Shown: in pieces, positions 31,364 to 41,067 of the stretch
How the letters are laid out: each line of letters begins with the position of its first letter
Position numbering within the stretch: position 1 is the stretch's first letter
Assembly: GCA_900551415.1 (NCBI GenBank)
Contig: URWB01000001.1
Span: 1-57,664 of the forward strand
Length of the DNA stretch: 57,664 bases
Direction of reading: 5' to 3'
Source of the DNA: an uncultured Eubacteriales bacterium
GTDB lineage: Bacteria; Bacillota; Clostridia; Peptostreptococcales; Anaerovoracaceae
Program-made: the position numbers and the translations under genes
Notes under the pieces: model-generated
The model's input: the letters and a program-made list of their open reading frames with translations, nothing else
What the model was told of the DNA's origin: nothing
Database searches by the model: none

Positions 31364-32191
31364 TCAGAGATAGAAACTGTTCGCGGCGCGTCTTGTGCCG
31401 TACATGGCTTCCAGTTCTTCTTTGTGATAGAGATAGCCCGCGTCATCATAATATTTAGCGCCTTGCGGGCATTTTTTGATGCAGGCGCCGCATTTGATGC
31501 AGATGCCGGGCACCTTGCTGACAGCCTGCGGATCGATCGCCCCCATTGGACAGACCGCCGCGCAGAGACCGCATTGGTTGCAGGAAACGCTTGTCAGAGG
31601 TTTCACCTTGCGGATATCGATAAAAACGCCATGGCGGTCACGCGGCTGATAGTAGCCTGCTTCTGCGTCTCCGTCAACAGCAATCGGAGCGGGCAGGGTG
31701 TCAAGTGCCGCTAGCGCGGCGAGCTTGCCGGTAACAGCATGCGCGAAGGTTTCGGCTTCCTTGAGATCCTCGGCGTCCGGCCGGCCCGCGCCGAGCGTGG
31801 TCGAAAAAGAATGCTCACACGAAAACGCCGCTGCCGCGATCGTATGGAAGTCATGCGCTTCGAGGATGTCGCGCAGCTCGATCAGGGAATTGTCGAAGGC
31901 GCGGTTGCCGAAGGTCACGATGGGAACGGCAAGCGCGCCGCTGCCGGCAATGGTGTCCAGATACTTGAGCAGGAGGTTCGGCAGCCGTCCCGCGTAGGTC
32001 GGACAGCCGAACAGGACAAGGTCAGTTTCCGCAAGTCGCGGGAAGCTGCCTCGCGCGCCTGGCAAAGTGAAATCGTAAAGAAACGATTCGATGCCGAGAT
32101 CGTCTGTGAGTGCTTCCGCGACCGCGCAGACGACCCGTTCAGTGGTGCCGGTAGGGCTAAAATAGATTTTGTAAAGGCGTTTGATTTCCAT
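31364..32191 (-). CDS. EFR1-family flavodoxin/4Fe-4S ferredoxin
   Basis: YFSPTGTT, PTYAGR, TFGNR, C-terminal CNQCGLCAAVC and CIKCGACIKKC. Confidence 0.85.
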   Translation of the reverse strand: MEIKRLYKIYFSPTGTTERVVCAVAEALTDDLGIESFLYDFTLPGARGSFPRLAETDLVLFGCPTYAGRLPNLLLKYLDTIAGSGALAVPIVTFGNRAFDNSLIELRDILEAHDFHTIAAAAFSCEHSFSTTLGAGRPDAEDLKEAETFAHAVTGKLAALAALDTLPAPIAVDGDAEAGYYQPRDRHGVFIDIRKVKPLTSVSCNQCGLCAAVCPMGAIDPQAVSKVPGICIKCGACIKKCPQGAKYYDDAGYLYHKEELEAMYGTRRAANSFYL

Positions 32192-32234
32192 AGTGTTACC
32201 TCACAATCGTGTTGAAATAATTTGCCCCTTGCAC

Positions 32235-32903
32235 TTAGCGGAAGTCCGCGGGCAGGCGTTTCTCGATGCTATACGCCAGGATGCCGATCAGGATACCGCT
32301 GATAAGTCCGCTAAAAAACAAGACGGCGAAATAGCTCATCAGGCTGAGGTTGGACATGATCGCGCAGGCGGTCAGAAGCTGCCCCAGATTATGCATGACG
32401 CCGCCGGCCATGCTGATGCCAACCATGCTAAACAGCTTCGTGCGATACAGCAGGTACATGATGAGGATGCTGAGAATGCCGCCGCCAAAGGAATAGAGCA
32501 TGCCGAACACACCGCTGAACAAAAGCCCGGCAATCACAATGCGCACGCAGTTGATGGCGAAGGCATAGCGGAAGCCCAGGCGGTAAAGGGCGATCAGGAT
32601 CACCAGATTCGCAAGACCGAGCTTGACGCCGGGAATCGGTACGGGAATCGGCACGAGTACCTCCACGTATGAAAATATCAGCGCGAGCGCAGCGAACATC
32701 GCGGCAAAGGCGAGCCTGCGCGTGCGGCCGGTACGAGAAGGCCCATAAAGCCCGTCGCGATTGCCGGTTTTGCGCGCGCCGGCTGTTTTGTGGAGCTCGT
32801 CGGCATGTGTCGCGACGCGCCCATCGGTTTTGCACACGCCGGTTTTGCGCGCGCCTTCCTCGCGCAAGGAAATCCCCGCGCGCGTCTTATCCGGAGATGA
32901 CAT
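32235..32903 (-). CDS. Gx transporter family (heptaprenyl diphosphate synthase component I-like) membrane protein
   Basis: ALALIFSYVE..IP.PIPGVKLGLAN...HNLGQL; start at ATG 32903 overlapping the upstream gene. Confidence 0.8.
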   Translation of the reverse strand: MSSPDKTRAGISLREEGARKTGVCKTDGRVATHADELHKTAGARKTGNRDGLYGPSRTGRTRRLAFAAMFAALALIFSYVEVLVPIPVPIPGVKLGLANLVILIALYRLGFRYAFAINCVRIVIAGLLFSGVFGMLYSFGGGILSILIMYLLYRTKLFSMVGISMAGGVMHNLGQLLTACAIMSNLSLMSYFAVLFFSGLISGILIGILAYSIEKRLPADFR

Positions 32904-33258
32904 CAACGCCACCTCCTTTGTGTTTGTCACCGATGATCTCAACCAAAATCTTGTTTGGCAGGCAGACGATGACATCCTTAGTCTGCGAAATGGCGCCTGT
33001 CTGCACGCAGACCTGATTCTTGCAGGAAGAAGAAGTCATTGCAACGGTGCCGTCTTTTATGGTAATATGATTTGTGTGACCATTTTGCTTGATTTCGATT
33101 TCCCGGTCCTCGCTGAGCGGATAGATGCCGTACAATTGACCGTCCACAGTGACGCGCACGTTTTCTCCGGTCATGCCGCCGGAAAGCGACAGCCACGAAA
33201 CGGCGATGCCAAAAATCAGCAGGCACACAAAAAGAAGGATATCTGCTTTTTTTATCAT
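32887..33258 (-). CDS. NusG domain II-containing exported protein
   Basis: MIKKAD plus TM; SSCKNQVCV..G.I......IVCLPNK motif. Confidence 0.85.
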   Translation of the reverse strand: MIKKADILLFVCLLIFGIAVSWLSLSGGMTGENVRVTVDGQLYGIYPLSEDREIEIKQNGHTNHITIKDGTVAMTSSSCKNQVCVQTGAISQTKDVIVCLPNKILVEIIGDKHKGGGVDVISG

Positions 33259-33449
33259 GTAAAATCTCCTGCGCGCAGATTTTCGCTTATCGTTGGCGGT
33301 ATGCCGGGCCGCGAAGGTCAGCGCGCTGTATGTTCAGGTTATATCGGCAAAAGCGGCTTGCGATATCAAAATGCGCTGTGCTTCGCAGAGAGGCACGCGG
33401 AAGATGATATATGCCGCACAGTGTTTTGCCGCATGGAAAGGAAAGGTTT

Positions 33450-34673
33450 ATGAAACGCGAAACGACCTGCCGGACGCGGGCGCAGCGGCTGCCAAAGCGG
33501 CCTTTGCGGCATCTGCTCGGTGTCTTGCTTGTAATTACTCTTATTATAGCACAAACGGGCTGTGCAGCCAACGAAAAAACAAATGACAATCAAGGAATCA
33601 GTAAGACGGGCTTCTATTTAGATACGATTTGCACGATTACGATTTTTGGCATCGAGGACGCGGACGGCAGCTTCGCGGCGGCAGACGAAGAAGAACAGCA
33701 GCGACAGCTGTATCAGCTGATTACGGACGCATTCAAACTCTGCGATTCTTACGAAAAAATTCTCAGCAAGACAATCGAGAACTCCGACATCGCGCGCGTC
33801 AACGCGGCGGGCGGCAAAGCGGTGGAGGTCAGCGACGCGACCATCGAGGTGTTGCAAAAGGGAATCGAATACGGACGTCTGTCGAACGGTGCGTTTGACA
33901 TCACAATCGGCAAAGCGACGGACCTCTGGAACTTCCACGACGCGGGCGATACGGCGCTTGCGGCAGAGGGCAGCGGAGAGAGCGCGGCAGACGAAGCGGT
34001 CGAGGGAGAGGTGGCGGCAGGCGAAGCCATGCCGGGTGAGATTCCAAATGCACAGGTATTGGCTGAGGCTATGCGGCATGTAGATTACAGCAAGGTTGAG
34101 ATCGACGGGAATACGGTTCGGCTTGCGGACCCAAAGATGGAGCTGGATCTGGGCGGTATTGCCAAGGGTTATATCGCCGACCGCGTGACCGCATTTTTGG
34201 AAGAGAAAGGCGTGCAGAGCGCGATCATCGACCTGGGCGGCAACATCGTTGCGCTCGGCGGCAAAGCGCGGTCTATGCTTGATACAGAGGCCGGAGAAAC
34301 GGATTTTCGCATTGGTATTAAAGATCCGCAGTCAGAGAGCGGCGCCTTGCTCGGCACACTGCCTGCATCGAATTTGACGGTGGTGACTTCGGGTACCTAT
34401 GAACGATATTTTATCGCCGGCGGCAAGAAGTATCACCACATTTTGGACAGCGAGACGGGCTATCCGACCGATACCGATGTCCTGTCCGCGACCATCATCG
34501 CCGCGAAGGGGCGTTCTGTCGATTGTGACGGACTTTCGACAACTTGCCTGGCATTGGGTATCGAAAACGCCCTCGCGCTGGTAAACAGCATCGAGGGCGT
34601 GGAAGCGATCCTGGTCGATACGAACGGGAAGGTGCATCAGACCAGCGAGGCGCTCAACTTCGCAAAAGCGTAG
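33450..34673 (+). CDS. apbE: FAD:protein FMN transferase (lipoprotein)
   Basis: Lipobox QTGC, GAFDITIG, LDLGGIAKGY, TSGTYER, YHHILD. Confidence 0.92.
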   Translation: MKRETTCRTRAQRLPKRPLRHLLGVLLVITLIIAQTGCAANEKTNDNQGISKTGFYLDTICTITIFGIEDADGSFAAADEEEQQRQLYQLITDAFKLCDSYEKILSKTIENSDIARVNAAGGKAVEVSDATIEVLQKGIEYGRLSNGAFDITIGKATDLWNFHDAGDTALAAEGSGESAADEAVEGEVAAGEAMPGEIPNAQVLAEAMRHVDYSKVEIDGNTVRLADPKMELDLGGIAKGYIADRVTAFLEEKGVQSAIIDLGGNIVALGGKARSMLDTEAGETDFRIGIKDPQSESGALLGTLPASNLTVVTSGTYERYFIAGGKKYHHILDSETGYPTDTDVLSATIIAAKGRSVDCDGLSTTCLALGIENALALVNSIEGVEAILVDTNGKVHQTSEALNFAKA

Positions 34674-34718
34674 CCAAGGCATGCAGCCCGCAGCGCGGGA
34701 AGTCACTGCATTGATCGG

Positions 34719-35885
34719 CTATTTCAGTCCTTTGACTTCCAGCAGCATGTGCGAGGTCGCAAGCTGCTCCGGTGTCGGGTCAAAATAGATGTAGTTGGTC
34801 AAGCCGGTGTAGGTCCAGGTCTTGGAGCTTCTGTTCCACTTATTGCTGTTGCCCGGGGTGGCATCGACGGTGATCCAGTGCCCGTCCACATAGCACTCAT
34901 TCCACCAGTGATCGAGTTCGGTGATGTCGGACTCCGTCGACCAGGTATGAAATCCGTCGGTTGTGCTGAGGCTGATGTGATGGCCGTTGACGATTCTGGT
35001 CGGGATGCCCTGCGCTCTCGCCAGCGCGCAAATGGCTGCCGCGTAGCCGACGCAGGTTGTCGCGACCTTGCCGCCTTCGCTGTTCTCGCTCTTCTTCTTG
35101 TTTCTCATATTATAGAGATTGCGGTAAGGATCGACGTACTGTCTCGTGCCTGTGGCGAACGCGATCGTGTCGTAGTAAAAGTTTTCCGCGACGTATTCGT
35201 AGATTTTGAGCAGTTTTTCATAGTCTGTATCCGCGCCCTTGACAATCTGATTGGAAACGGTCTTAAAATATTTGACCTTCTTCTTGGTGACAGAGGCGAC
35301 TTTTTTGCTCACCGGATTGCGGAAGCAAATGCTCTTGACATCGCTGAGATTGGTCTTTTTGAAAGCGGAAGCCTTTTTCTTCTTGTTAGCGTTCTTGTCG
35401 ATGCGGGAGTTTTCCTTGATGATCTTATCATACTGCAGGATGGAGAACTGGCCGTTCGTGACGCAGAACGCGCAGTTCTTGTAAATGACCGGATTGCCTC
35501 TTGCGCCGATCTTTTTGGTGATCTGCAGAATGTAGTCCCCGCTCATAGCGCCGGTGCGCGCGGTTGTGTTCGGCAGTGAGAACGTGAATTGACAGTAATC
35601 TCCCATGTCATTCGGGTAGATACGTCCAACCCAAACACTGTCGGTGGTGTTAACCTTGATGACGTTGACGTTGTATTCTGAGGCAGTTACCGGTGTTTCC
35701 GCTTCGATACGCAGGGTGCTGCCATCCGCGGTCACCTTGACGAAGTTGTGTTCAAGATTTTCGCTGGATACCAGGGTTTGCACCTCTGTCGGCGAGCCTG
35801 CGCTTTTGAGGGCGGCCGATGCCGGCGCGGGAATCATGGTAAAAACCAGAGCGAAAACCAAAAGTAATGTCAGTTTCTTTTTCAT
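34719..35885 (-). CDS. Secreted transglutaminase-like (cysteine protease fold) protein
   Basis: Signal peptide; IYEYV..NFYYD, TCVGYA, ARAQGIP, HWWNE, W.TVDATP. Confidence 0.8.
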   Translation of the reverse strand: MKKKLTLLLVFALVFTMIPAPASAALKSAGSPTEVQTLVSSENLEHNFVKVTADGSTLRIEAETPVTASEYNVNVIKVNTTDSVWVGRIYPNDMGDYCQFTFSLPNTTARTGAMSGDYILQITKKIGARGNPVIYKNCAFCVTNGQFSILQYDKIIKENSRIDKNANKKKKASAFKKTNLSDVKSICFRNPVSKKVASVTKKKVKYFKTVSNQIVKGADTDYEKLLKIYEYVAENFYYDTIAFATGTRQYVDPYRNLYNMRNKKKSENSEGGKVATTCVGYAAAICALARAQGIPTRIVNGHHISLSTTDGFHTWSTESDITELDHWWNECYVDGHWITVDATPGNSNKWNRSSKTWTYTGLTNYIYFDPTPEQLATSHMLLEVKGLK

Positions 35886-35961
35886 TTGTCTTATGCCTCC
35901 TTCTATATCCGCTGCAATGGCAGTGGATTGCTTGCTAAGCTAAATGGTTGCCTTCCTAATT

Positions 35962-36082
35962 GGACAAAAGTGCGCATCACAAAATACAGATTTCCATGCG
36001 CACATGGCGCTCACGCATGAGCGGCGATCCACAAGGTGTTTTTGTCGTGATTCAAAAATACCGCTGTGCGATATGCCCTGCA
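35962..36082 (-). repeat. Dispersed structured repeat, copy D
   Basis: Reverse complement closely matches 45698-45820 along its length. Confidence 0.85.
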
Positions 36083-36140
36083 ATAAAAAGGTTCAGCCTG
36101 AAATAGCCTTGACAGCGAACGCTGTGGTCGCTATAGTGTA

Positions 36141-36171
36141 AGTATAACTTGAACATCAATGTCCAAGTCAA
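36141..36171 (-). promoter_or_regulatory. MerR-type promoter with 19-bp spacer and dyad operator
   Basis: Minus strand TTGACT-19 bp-TATACT; dyad ACTTGAACAT-CA-ATGTCCAAGT fills the spacer; adjacent to a divergent MerR gene. Confidence 0.75.
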
Positions 36172-36186
36172 GAAAAATCCAAAAAA

Positions 36187-36242
36187 ATTTGAAATAAGGC
36201 TACCGCAATCCCACTGGCTTTAGACAATGGGTGGTTCACATA
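36187..36242 (+). mobile_element. 56-bp IS200/IS605-end-like mini-element (copy 2)
   Basis: 55/56 identical to the reverse complement of 692-747. Confidence 0.55.
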
Positions 36243-36298
36243 TTGAGCGTTTTCACGTTTTCAAGAGGCAGGATTGTCGAGACGAGCAAGGAGGCAAA

Positions 36299-37120
36299 AT
36301 GGAAGCAAGCGAGAAAAAACTTTTTCAAATGGGAGAGGTCACCAAAGCTGTCGGCATCACGCGGCGCATGCTGATCAATTATGAAGCTCATGGTCTGGTG
36401 CAGCCGGCCACCGCGCGCGATGAGCGAGGCTTTCGCTATTATACAGTAGATCACATCGTGCACATTCGTCTGATTCGAACCTTGCAAAATTTGGGGCTCT
36501 CTTTGGACGAGATCCGCCGTTATTTTGATGATTCGGAGGAGTTGGGAGCGCAGATTGAGAGACTGACCAAGCTGCGCGATCAGATTGAGCAGTATATCGC
36601 GAGACTGCGTCTGCGTCAGGCAGCGCAGACAGAGGCTGAGGTGACGCAGGTATCGCTTCCGGCGTTCCGCGCGTTTTGCAGACCTTTCTGCCGCAAAAAT
36701 CTAGCGCAAAAAACAGAGGAGCTGCGGAACTGCTACATCGAAGCGGTATCAAACTATCAGCTTGATATTGAGCAGAAAATGTGCGTACAGATTCCAATCG
36801 AGGAGACGGACAGCGGGCTTTACGTGATTCCGGTCGTAAAGGAGAGTCAAGGGAGTGAGATTAAGGACTTTCCGGCAGTCGCGGCGGCGATCTGCGTTTA
36901 TTATCGCGGCGCTTATGAAAATTTTCCGAAAGTGCATGCGCGTTTATTGCGTTACGCTGAGCAGAACGGCATGACACCGCATGGATATTTTCGCAATATC
37001 TATATGGAAGGACCGCCGACCCATGGCGCGAACAAGGACGCGTATTTAACACAAATCGCGCTGCCGATTAAATTCAAAACCCTCGATTCACAGGAGGCAG
37101 GGAAGAAGGTGCAAAAATAA
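36299..37120 (+). CDS. MerR-family regulator with GyrI-like effector domain
   Basis: FQMGEV.K.VGITRRML.NYE.HGLV.P....RGFRYY; C-terminal YRGAYE..P...NIYMEGP; AAGGAGG SD before ATG 36299. Confidence 0.9.
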   Translation: MEASEKKLFQMGEVTKAVGITRRMLINYEAHGLVQPATARDERGFRYYTVDHIVHIRLIRTLQNLGLSLDEIRRYFDDSEELGAQIERLTKLRDQIEQYIARLRLRQAAQTEAEVTQVSLPAFRAFCRPFCRKNLAQKTEELRNCYIEAVSNYQLDIEQKMCVQIPIEETDSGLYVIPVVKESQGSEIKDFPAVAAAICVYYRGAYENFPKVHARLLRYAEQNGMTPHGYFRNIYMEGPPTHGANKDAYLTQIALPIKFKTLDSQEAGKKVQK

Positions 37121-37217
37121 GAGAAGCCTCGCGGCAGAAACAGCAAGGCCGCGCGAGACTTTTGACTGCCGCGTGATATCGGGCATGCGGCTCATTCAAT
37201 AAAAGCCCCGGGCAGTT

Positions 37218-37262
37218 TACGCGCGCACAGAAATCTCTGATTTCGTTATGCGCACTTTTGAC
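37218..37262 (+). repeat. Dispersed structured repeat, partial copy E (third hairpin only)
   Basis: GCGCGCACAGAAATCTCTGATTTCGTTATGCGCACTTTTGAC versus GTGCGCATGGAAATCTCAGATTTCGATATGCGCACTTTTGTC at 45779. Confidence 0.7.
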
Positions 37263-37269
37263 CAAATAA

Positions 37270-37830
37270 CTATGCAACCTCATCCAGTCTGTAGGTAAAG
37301 TATTTTTTTGCCGGAGTCTTGTACAATGCGGCGGCAAGGATGCTGGCGATGATCACGCCGGCCGCGAACTGTCCGCAGTTCGCAGGCATGCTCAGGATGC
37401 CTGTCATGAGATTACCCGCGAGGACGGCATCCGCGACGCCGTAGCCGAGCACCATCACAAGACCCGCGACGATCATACCGATAATTTCGATCAGCGGTAC
37501 GCCCGCGATTTTGATTCTGTTCTTTTTGCGTTTGACCATTGCGTCAATGAACAAGCCCATCACAACAGCCATCAGACCCTTGATCACAAACGTCCATGGC
37601 GCAAAAGCGACATAGCCGCCGAGAAGATCCGCCAAAGCGGAACCGAAGGCTGCAGCGACAGCACCGTATTTTTTGCCGACAATCAGGACGCTCAAAAAAA
37701 TCATCGCGTCCCCAAGGTGTACATAGCCTTGGAACGGGGTCGGAATCTTAAAAGTATAAGTTGTTACTAAAACCAGGCACATCATCATGGCGGTCATGAC
37801 GATGGTATTCGTCTTGTCGGAAGTTCTCAT
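37270..37830 (-). CDS. ECF transporter S component (possibly vitamin B6-specific)
   Basis: IPTP..GYVHLGD, GSALADLLGGY..FAPWTFVIKG; divergent from a MocR-family gene. Confidence 0.8.
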   Translation of the reverse strand: MRTSDKTNTIVMTAMMMCLVLVTTYTFKIPTPFQGYVHLGDAMIFLSVLIVGKKYGAVAAAFGSALADLLGGYVAFAPWTFVIKGLMAVVMGLFIDAMVKRKKNRIKIAGVPLIEIIGMIVAGLVMVLGYGVADAVLAGNLMTGILSMPANCGQFAAGVIIASILAAALYKTPAKKYFTYRLDEVA

Positions 37831-38122
37831 CTTTGTCACCTCGTTTACGATCTGTATTTTTGCGATACTGCACGCGCGGCTTCATACTGCGTGATGCTTT
37901 TCGGCAAATTTCAATCCGTCCGATAACTCGAGAAAGCTCACGATTCGGAAAAGTGCTGCGCAGTGCTTTTCGACAAATTTTGCCGGAAGCAAAGGCGAGT
38001 CACGCGTATGGATTGCAAGTGGAGTATCTTGATGTCATATTGCTATTATACCTCAAACGTGTTATGATTAAAATACGCAAAAATAATTCTTTTGATATAT
38101 ACAGATTGAGGAAAAAGGAAAA

Positions 38123-39736
38123 ATGAAGCCGATATATTTACAGCAAGAGCACACATCCTCGAGGCCACTCTACTTACAGTTATATGATACGATTAAGGAG
38201 CGGATTCTGTACGGAGAAATGCTCTGTGGAGAAAAACTTCCATCTCTGCGCGGTCTGGCGAGGGATTTGGGAATCAGCGTTACAACGACGGAACTTGCGT
38301 ATAACCAGCTGTTCGTCGAGGGCTATATTACGAGCAAACCAAAAGCGGGATATTTTGTGGCGCGGATCGCGCCGATCGCGGCAGGCGCGCAAGAAACCGT
38401 ACAGCGCGGCGAAGAGACAAGACGTGCAGACGGCGTGGAAGCGCGTGAGAGGCATGCGGACCGGCCGGTATGGAAGCAGCGTGAACGCGCAAAGGGGCAA
38501 AAGGAAGAGATGGCAGGCAAGCCGGACGCGGATGCGGAAGCTTTCGGCGCCGCTACTGCCGCCGGAAGAGCATCGACAGCGGCGTCATTTGCCGGCCCCG
38601 GCACCGCAGGAAGCAGCGCCGGCGCGCAGGCCGTCGGCGTGTATGACATCAACGATTTCACTTTTGAGTCCTCGCCGTACCGCACAGATCCGAGCTGCTT
38701 TGATTTTGTCAAATGGAAGAAGTGCGCGGCGCGAGTCTTTAACGAGTATTCAGAGCTGCTTCTGTATGAGAGCGACCCGCAGGGCGAAGCGGCGCTGCGT
38801 TTTGAAATTTCCAAATATCTGTATCATTCCCGCGGCGTGACGACGAGTCCGGATCGCATTGTCATCGGTGCCGGTACGCAGCAGATCACCGGGCATCTTT
38901 GCCGAATTCTGCGCAAGATGGATATCCGTCTGGTCGCGCTGGAGGCCCCGGGTTATCTGCCGGTACAAAGCATGTTTCGAGATGGGGGATTTACGATTTC
39001 GCACATTCCGGTCGCCAAAGACGGCATTGAAATCGACAAACTGCCGACGAATATCGCGTCAGCGGTTTATGTCAGCCCGTCCAATCAGTTTCCGACGGGC
39101 GCGGTGATGCCGGTCGGCAGACGATATGAACTGATCGACTGGGCGGTCAGCAACCAAAGCATCGTCATCGAGGATGATTACGACAGCGAGCTGCGTTATT
39201 TCGGAAAACCGGTTCCGGCGCTGCAGGGTTTGGATCGGCACGACCGCGTGGTCTATCTAGGAACATTTTCTTCAACTCTGTTTCCGGCGATCAAGATTTC
39301 CTACATGGTTTTGCCGGAGAGCATGGCGGAGATTTTCCGCGAGATTAAAAACGAATACACGCAGACCTGCTCGAAGGCAGAGCAGCTGACGCTGGCCTTC
39401 TTTATGGAGGACGGATATTATTATACCGGAATCCGCAAGCTGCGCGGTTTGTACGCGCAGAAGCTGAACGCTGTGCTGCAGGCTTTCGCGGCATATGGAG
39501 GCGGAATCGCGGCACCGCTCAATACCCATTCCGGCATCAATCTGACCGTCAAAGTCCGCTCCAAAAAGAAAGCCGACAGACTTTGCGCGGAGGCAAAATC
39601 CATCGGCCTGCAGTTGATCCCGCTGTCGGAGATCACCGACCAGGAAACTAGCGCCTTGAGCTTTTATTACAGCCAGCTGCCGCTTGGCGAGATCGATGGG
39701 CTGATTGCGGAGCTGATCCGGCGCTGGAAATCTTAA
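38123..39736 (+). CDS. MocR/GabR-family regulator (GntR HTH + aminotransferase-like domain)
   Basis: KLPSLRGLARDLGISVTT..AY.QL..EGY; SPSNQFPTG; IEDDYDSE. Confidence 0.92.
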   Translation: MKPIYLQQEHTSSRPLYLQLYDTIKERILYGEMLCGEKLPSLRGLARDLGISVTTTELAYNQLFVEGYITSKPKAGYFVARIAPIAAGAQETVQRGEETRRADGVEARERHADRPVWKQRERAKGQKEEMAGKPDADAEAFGAATAAGRASTAASFAGPGTAGSSAGAQAVGVYDINDFTFESSPYRTDPSCFDFVKWKKCAARVFNEYSELLLYESDPQGEAALRFEISKYLYHSRGVTTSPDRIVIGAGTQQITGHLCRILRKMDIRLVALEAPGYLPVQSMFRDGGFTISHIPVAKDGIEIDKLPTNIASAVYVSPSNQFPTGAVMPVGRRYELIDWAVSNQSIVIEDDYDSELRYFGKPVPALQGLDRHDRVVYLGTFSSTLFPAIKISYMVLPESMAEIFREIKNEYTQTCSKAEQLTLAFFMEDGYYYTGIRKLRGLYAQKLNAVLQAFAAYGGGIAAPLNTHSGINLTVKVRSKKKADRLCAEAKSIGLQLIPLSEITDQETSALSFYYSQLPLGEIDGLIAELIRRWKS

Positions 39737-39772
39737 GCGGCTCGGGTGCCGTCTGAAAACGTGCCGGAGCCT

Positions 39773-40921
39773 CTACACCAGCTCATATTTCACCAAAAAT
39801 CTGGCGGCGTGAATCTGCTCAGGGAGCAGGCGCAGGGCGGCGCGGCTGAGAAAGAGGCTGCTTGCGCCTTTTTCCTTGAGGCTGTAGGCAATCAGGAAGA
39901 CCGGAATATGCTGACCGGTGATGGCCTTGAAGTCCGCGAGCAATTCCTTGGGATTCGGCAGTCCGGATAATCCAGAAAAACTTCTGTAACGCTCGAATGC
40001 CTCTTTCGCCTCGGCATGCGCAGCCTGTACGGACGATGAGATCTTTTCGAGGAAAATCTCGCGTGTATAGAGAACGAGTGGGTCGAGGTCGAAGACGCGG
40101 GCACAGGCGTCGGCAGCTTTGAGTGTCGCTTTGTCGAACGTGCCTTTGGCAAAAGCAAAGTAGCTGCCGTCGAGCAAACCGAGCGCTTTCATGGTGTCCA
40201 GATATCCAAGCCGCATGATGCGCTTCGCGTTGGCGCGGTCAAAGATCAGAATGTTGCCAAGATCCCATTTCGGCTCAATGTAGACCAGATTCGGCGCTTT
40301 TTTGATGCTGTCGTATTTGACGAGTCCCATCCCCTTGAGGTTGACCGCGATGACATGCGTCGCTCCTTTTTGCATCGCCATATTGACCGGAATTTCGTCG
40401 GCATAGCCGCCGTCGATATAGTCCACGCCGTCGATTTCATAGCTGTGGATGGCAGGAAAGGCCGAGGCGCTGGCAACGATATAGTCGGTCAGGCGTCCGG
40501 CGGGAATATCCTCCTTGAACAGGTAATGCGCTTCAAAAGCAGGAAGGGAAACGACCGGGATGCCGTAGTCCATCGCGGCGCTGCGAATCTGATCTTCATC
40601 AATATAGGTGTCGAGCAGCTCTTTGAGCCGGGAAGTGCCGGCGCCGTGGTGGAAGACGATCTCGCGCGCATATTCGATGGGCTGGCTGCCTTCCGGCACG
40701 TCAAAGACCATGTGCGTTTCGATTTCCCGCCATAACTGCGCGGTCAAATCTACGTCACCCTGCACGACCATCGCGGCGTTGATGGCGCCGACTGAGGTGC
40801 CGGTTACGATATCAATTTCAATCCCAAGTTCCGTCAGCGCCTGCCAAACGCCGGCCTCATACGCGCCGCGGGAGCCGCCGCCGCCCAGCACAAGCGCGGT
40901 TTTCTTTTTTTTGCTTTTCAT
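39773..40921 (-). CDS. Patatin-like phospholipase
   Basis: GGGGSRG, GTSVG, DGG motifs; start at ATG 40921. Confidence 0.9.
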   Translation of the reverse strand: MKSKKKKTALVLGGGGSRGAYEAGVWQALTELGIEIDIVTGTSVGAINAAMVVQGDVDLTAQLWREIETHMVFDVPEGSQPIEYAREIVFHHGAGTSRLKELLDTYIDEDQIRSAAMDYGIPVVSLPAFEAHYLFKEDIPAGRLTDYIVASASAFPAIHSYEIDGVDYIDGGYADEIPVNMAMQKGATHVIAVNLKGMGLVKYDSIKKAPNLVYIEPKWDLGNILIFDRANAKRIMRLGYLDTMKALGLLDGSYFAFAKGTFDKATLKAADACARVFDLDPLVLYTREIFLEKISSSVQAAHAEAKEAFERYRSFSGLSGLPNPKELLADFKAITGQHIPVFLIAYSLKEKGASSLFLSRAALRLLPEQIHAARFLVKYELV

Positions 40922-41067
40922 AGATGAAGATACTCCTTTTGTTTTAGGCTGTGAGCTTTTGTGAAATTTACAAACTTCACGAATTTTACAAAAACTTTTG
41001 ACTACCAAAATTTTAGCATAAATGGTATACTGTTAGCAAGAAAAAGACAAGAAAATCGGAGGGTAAG

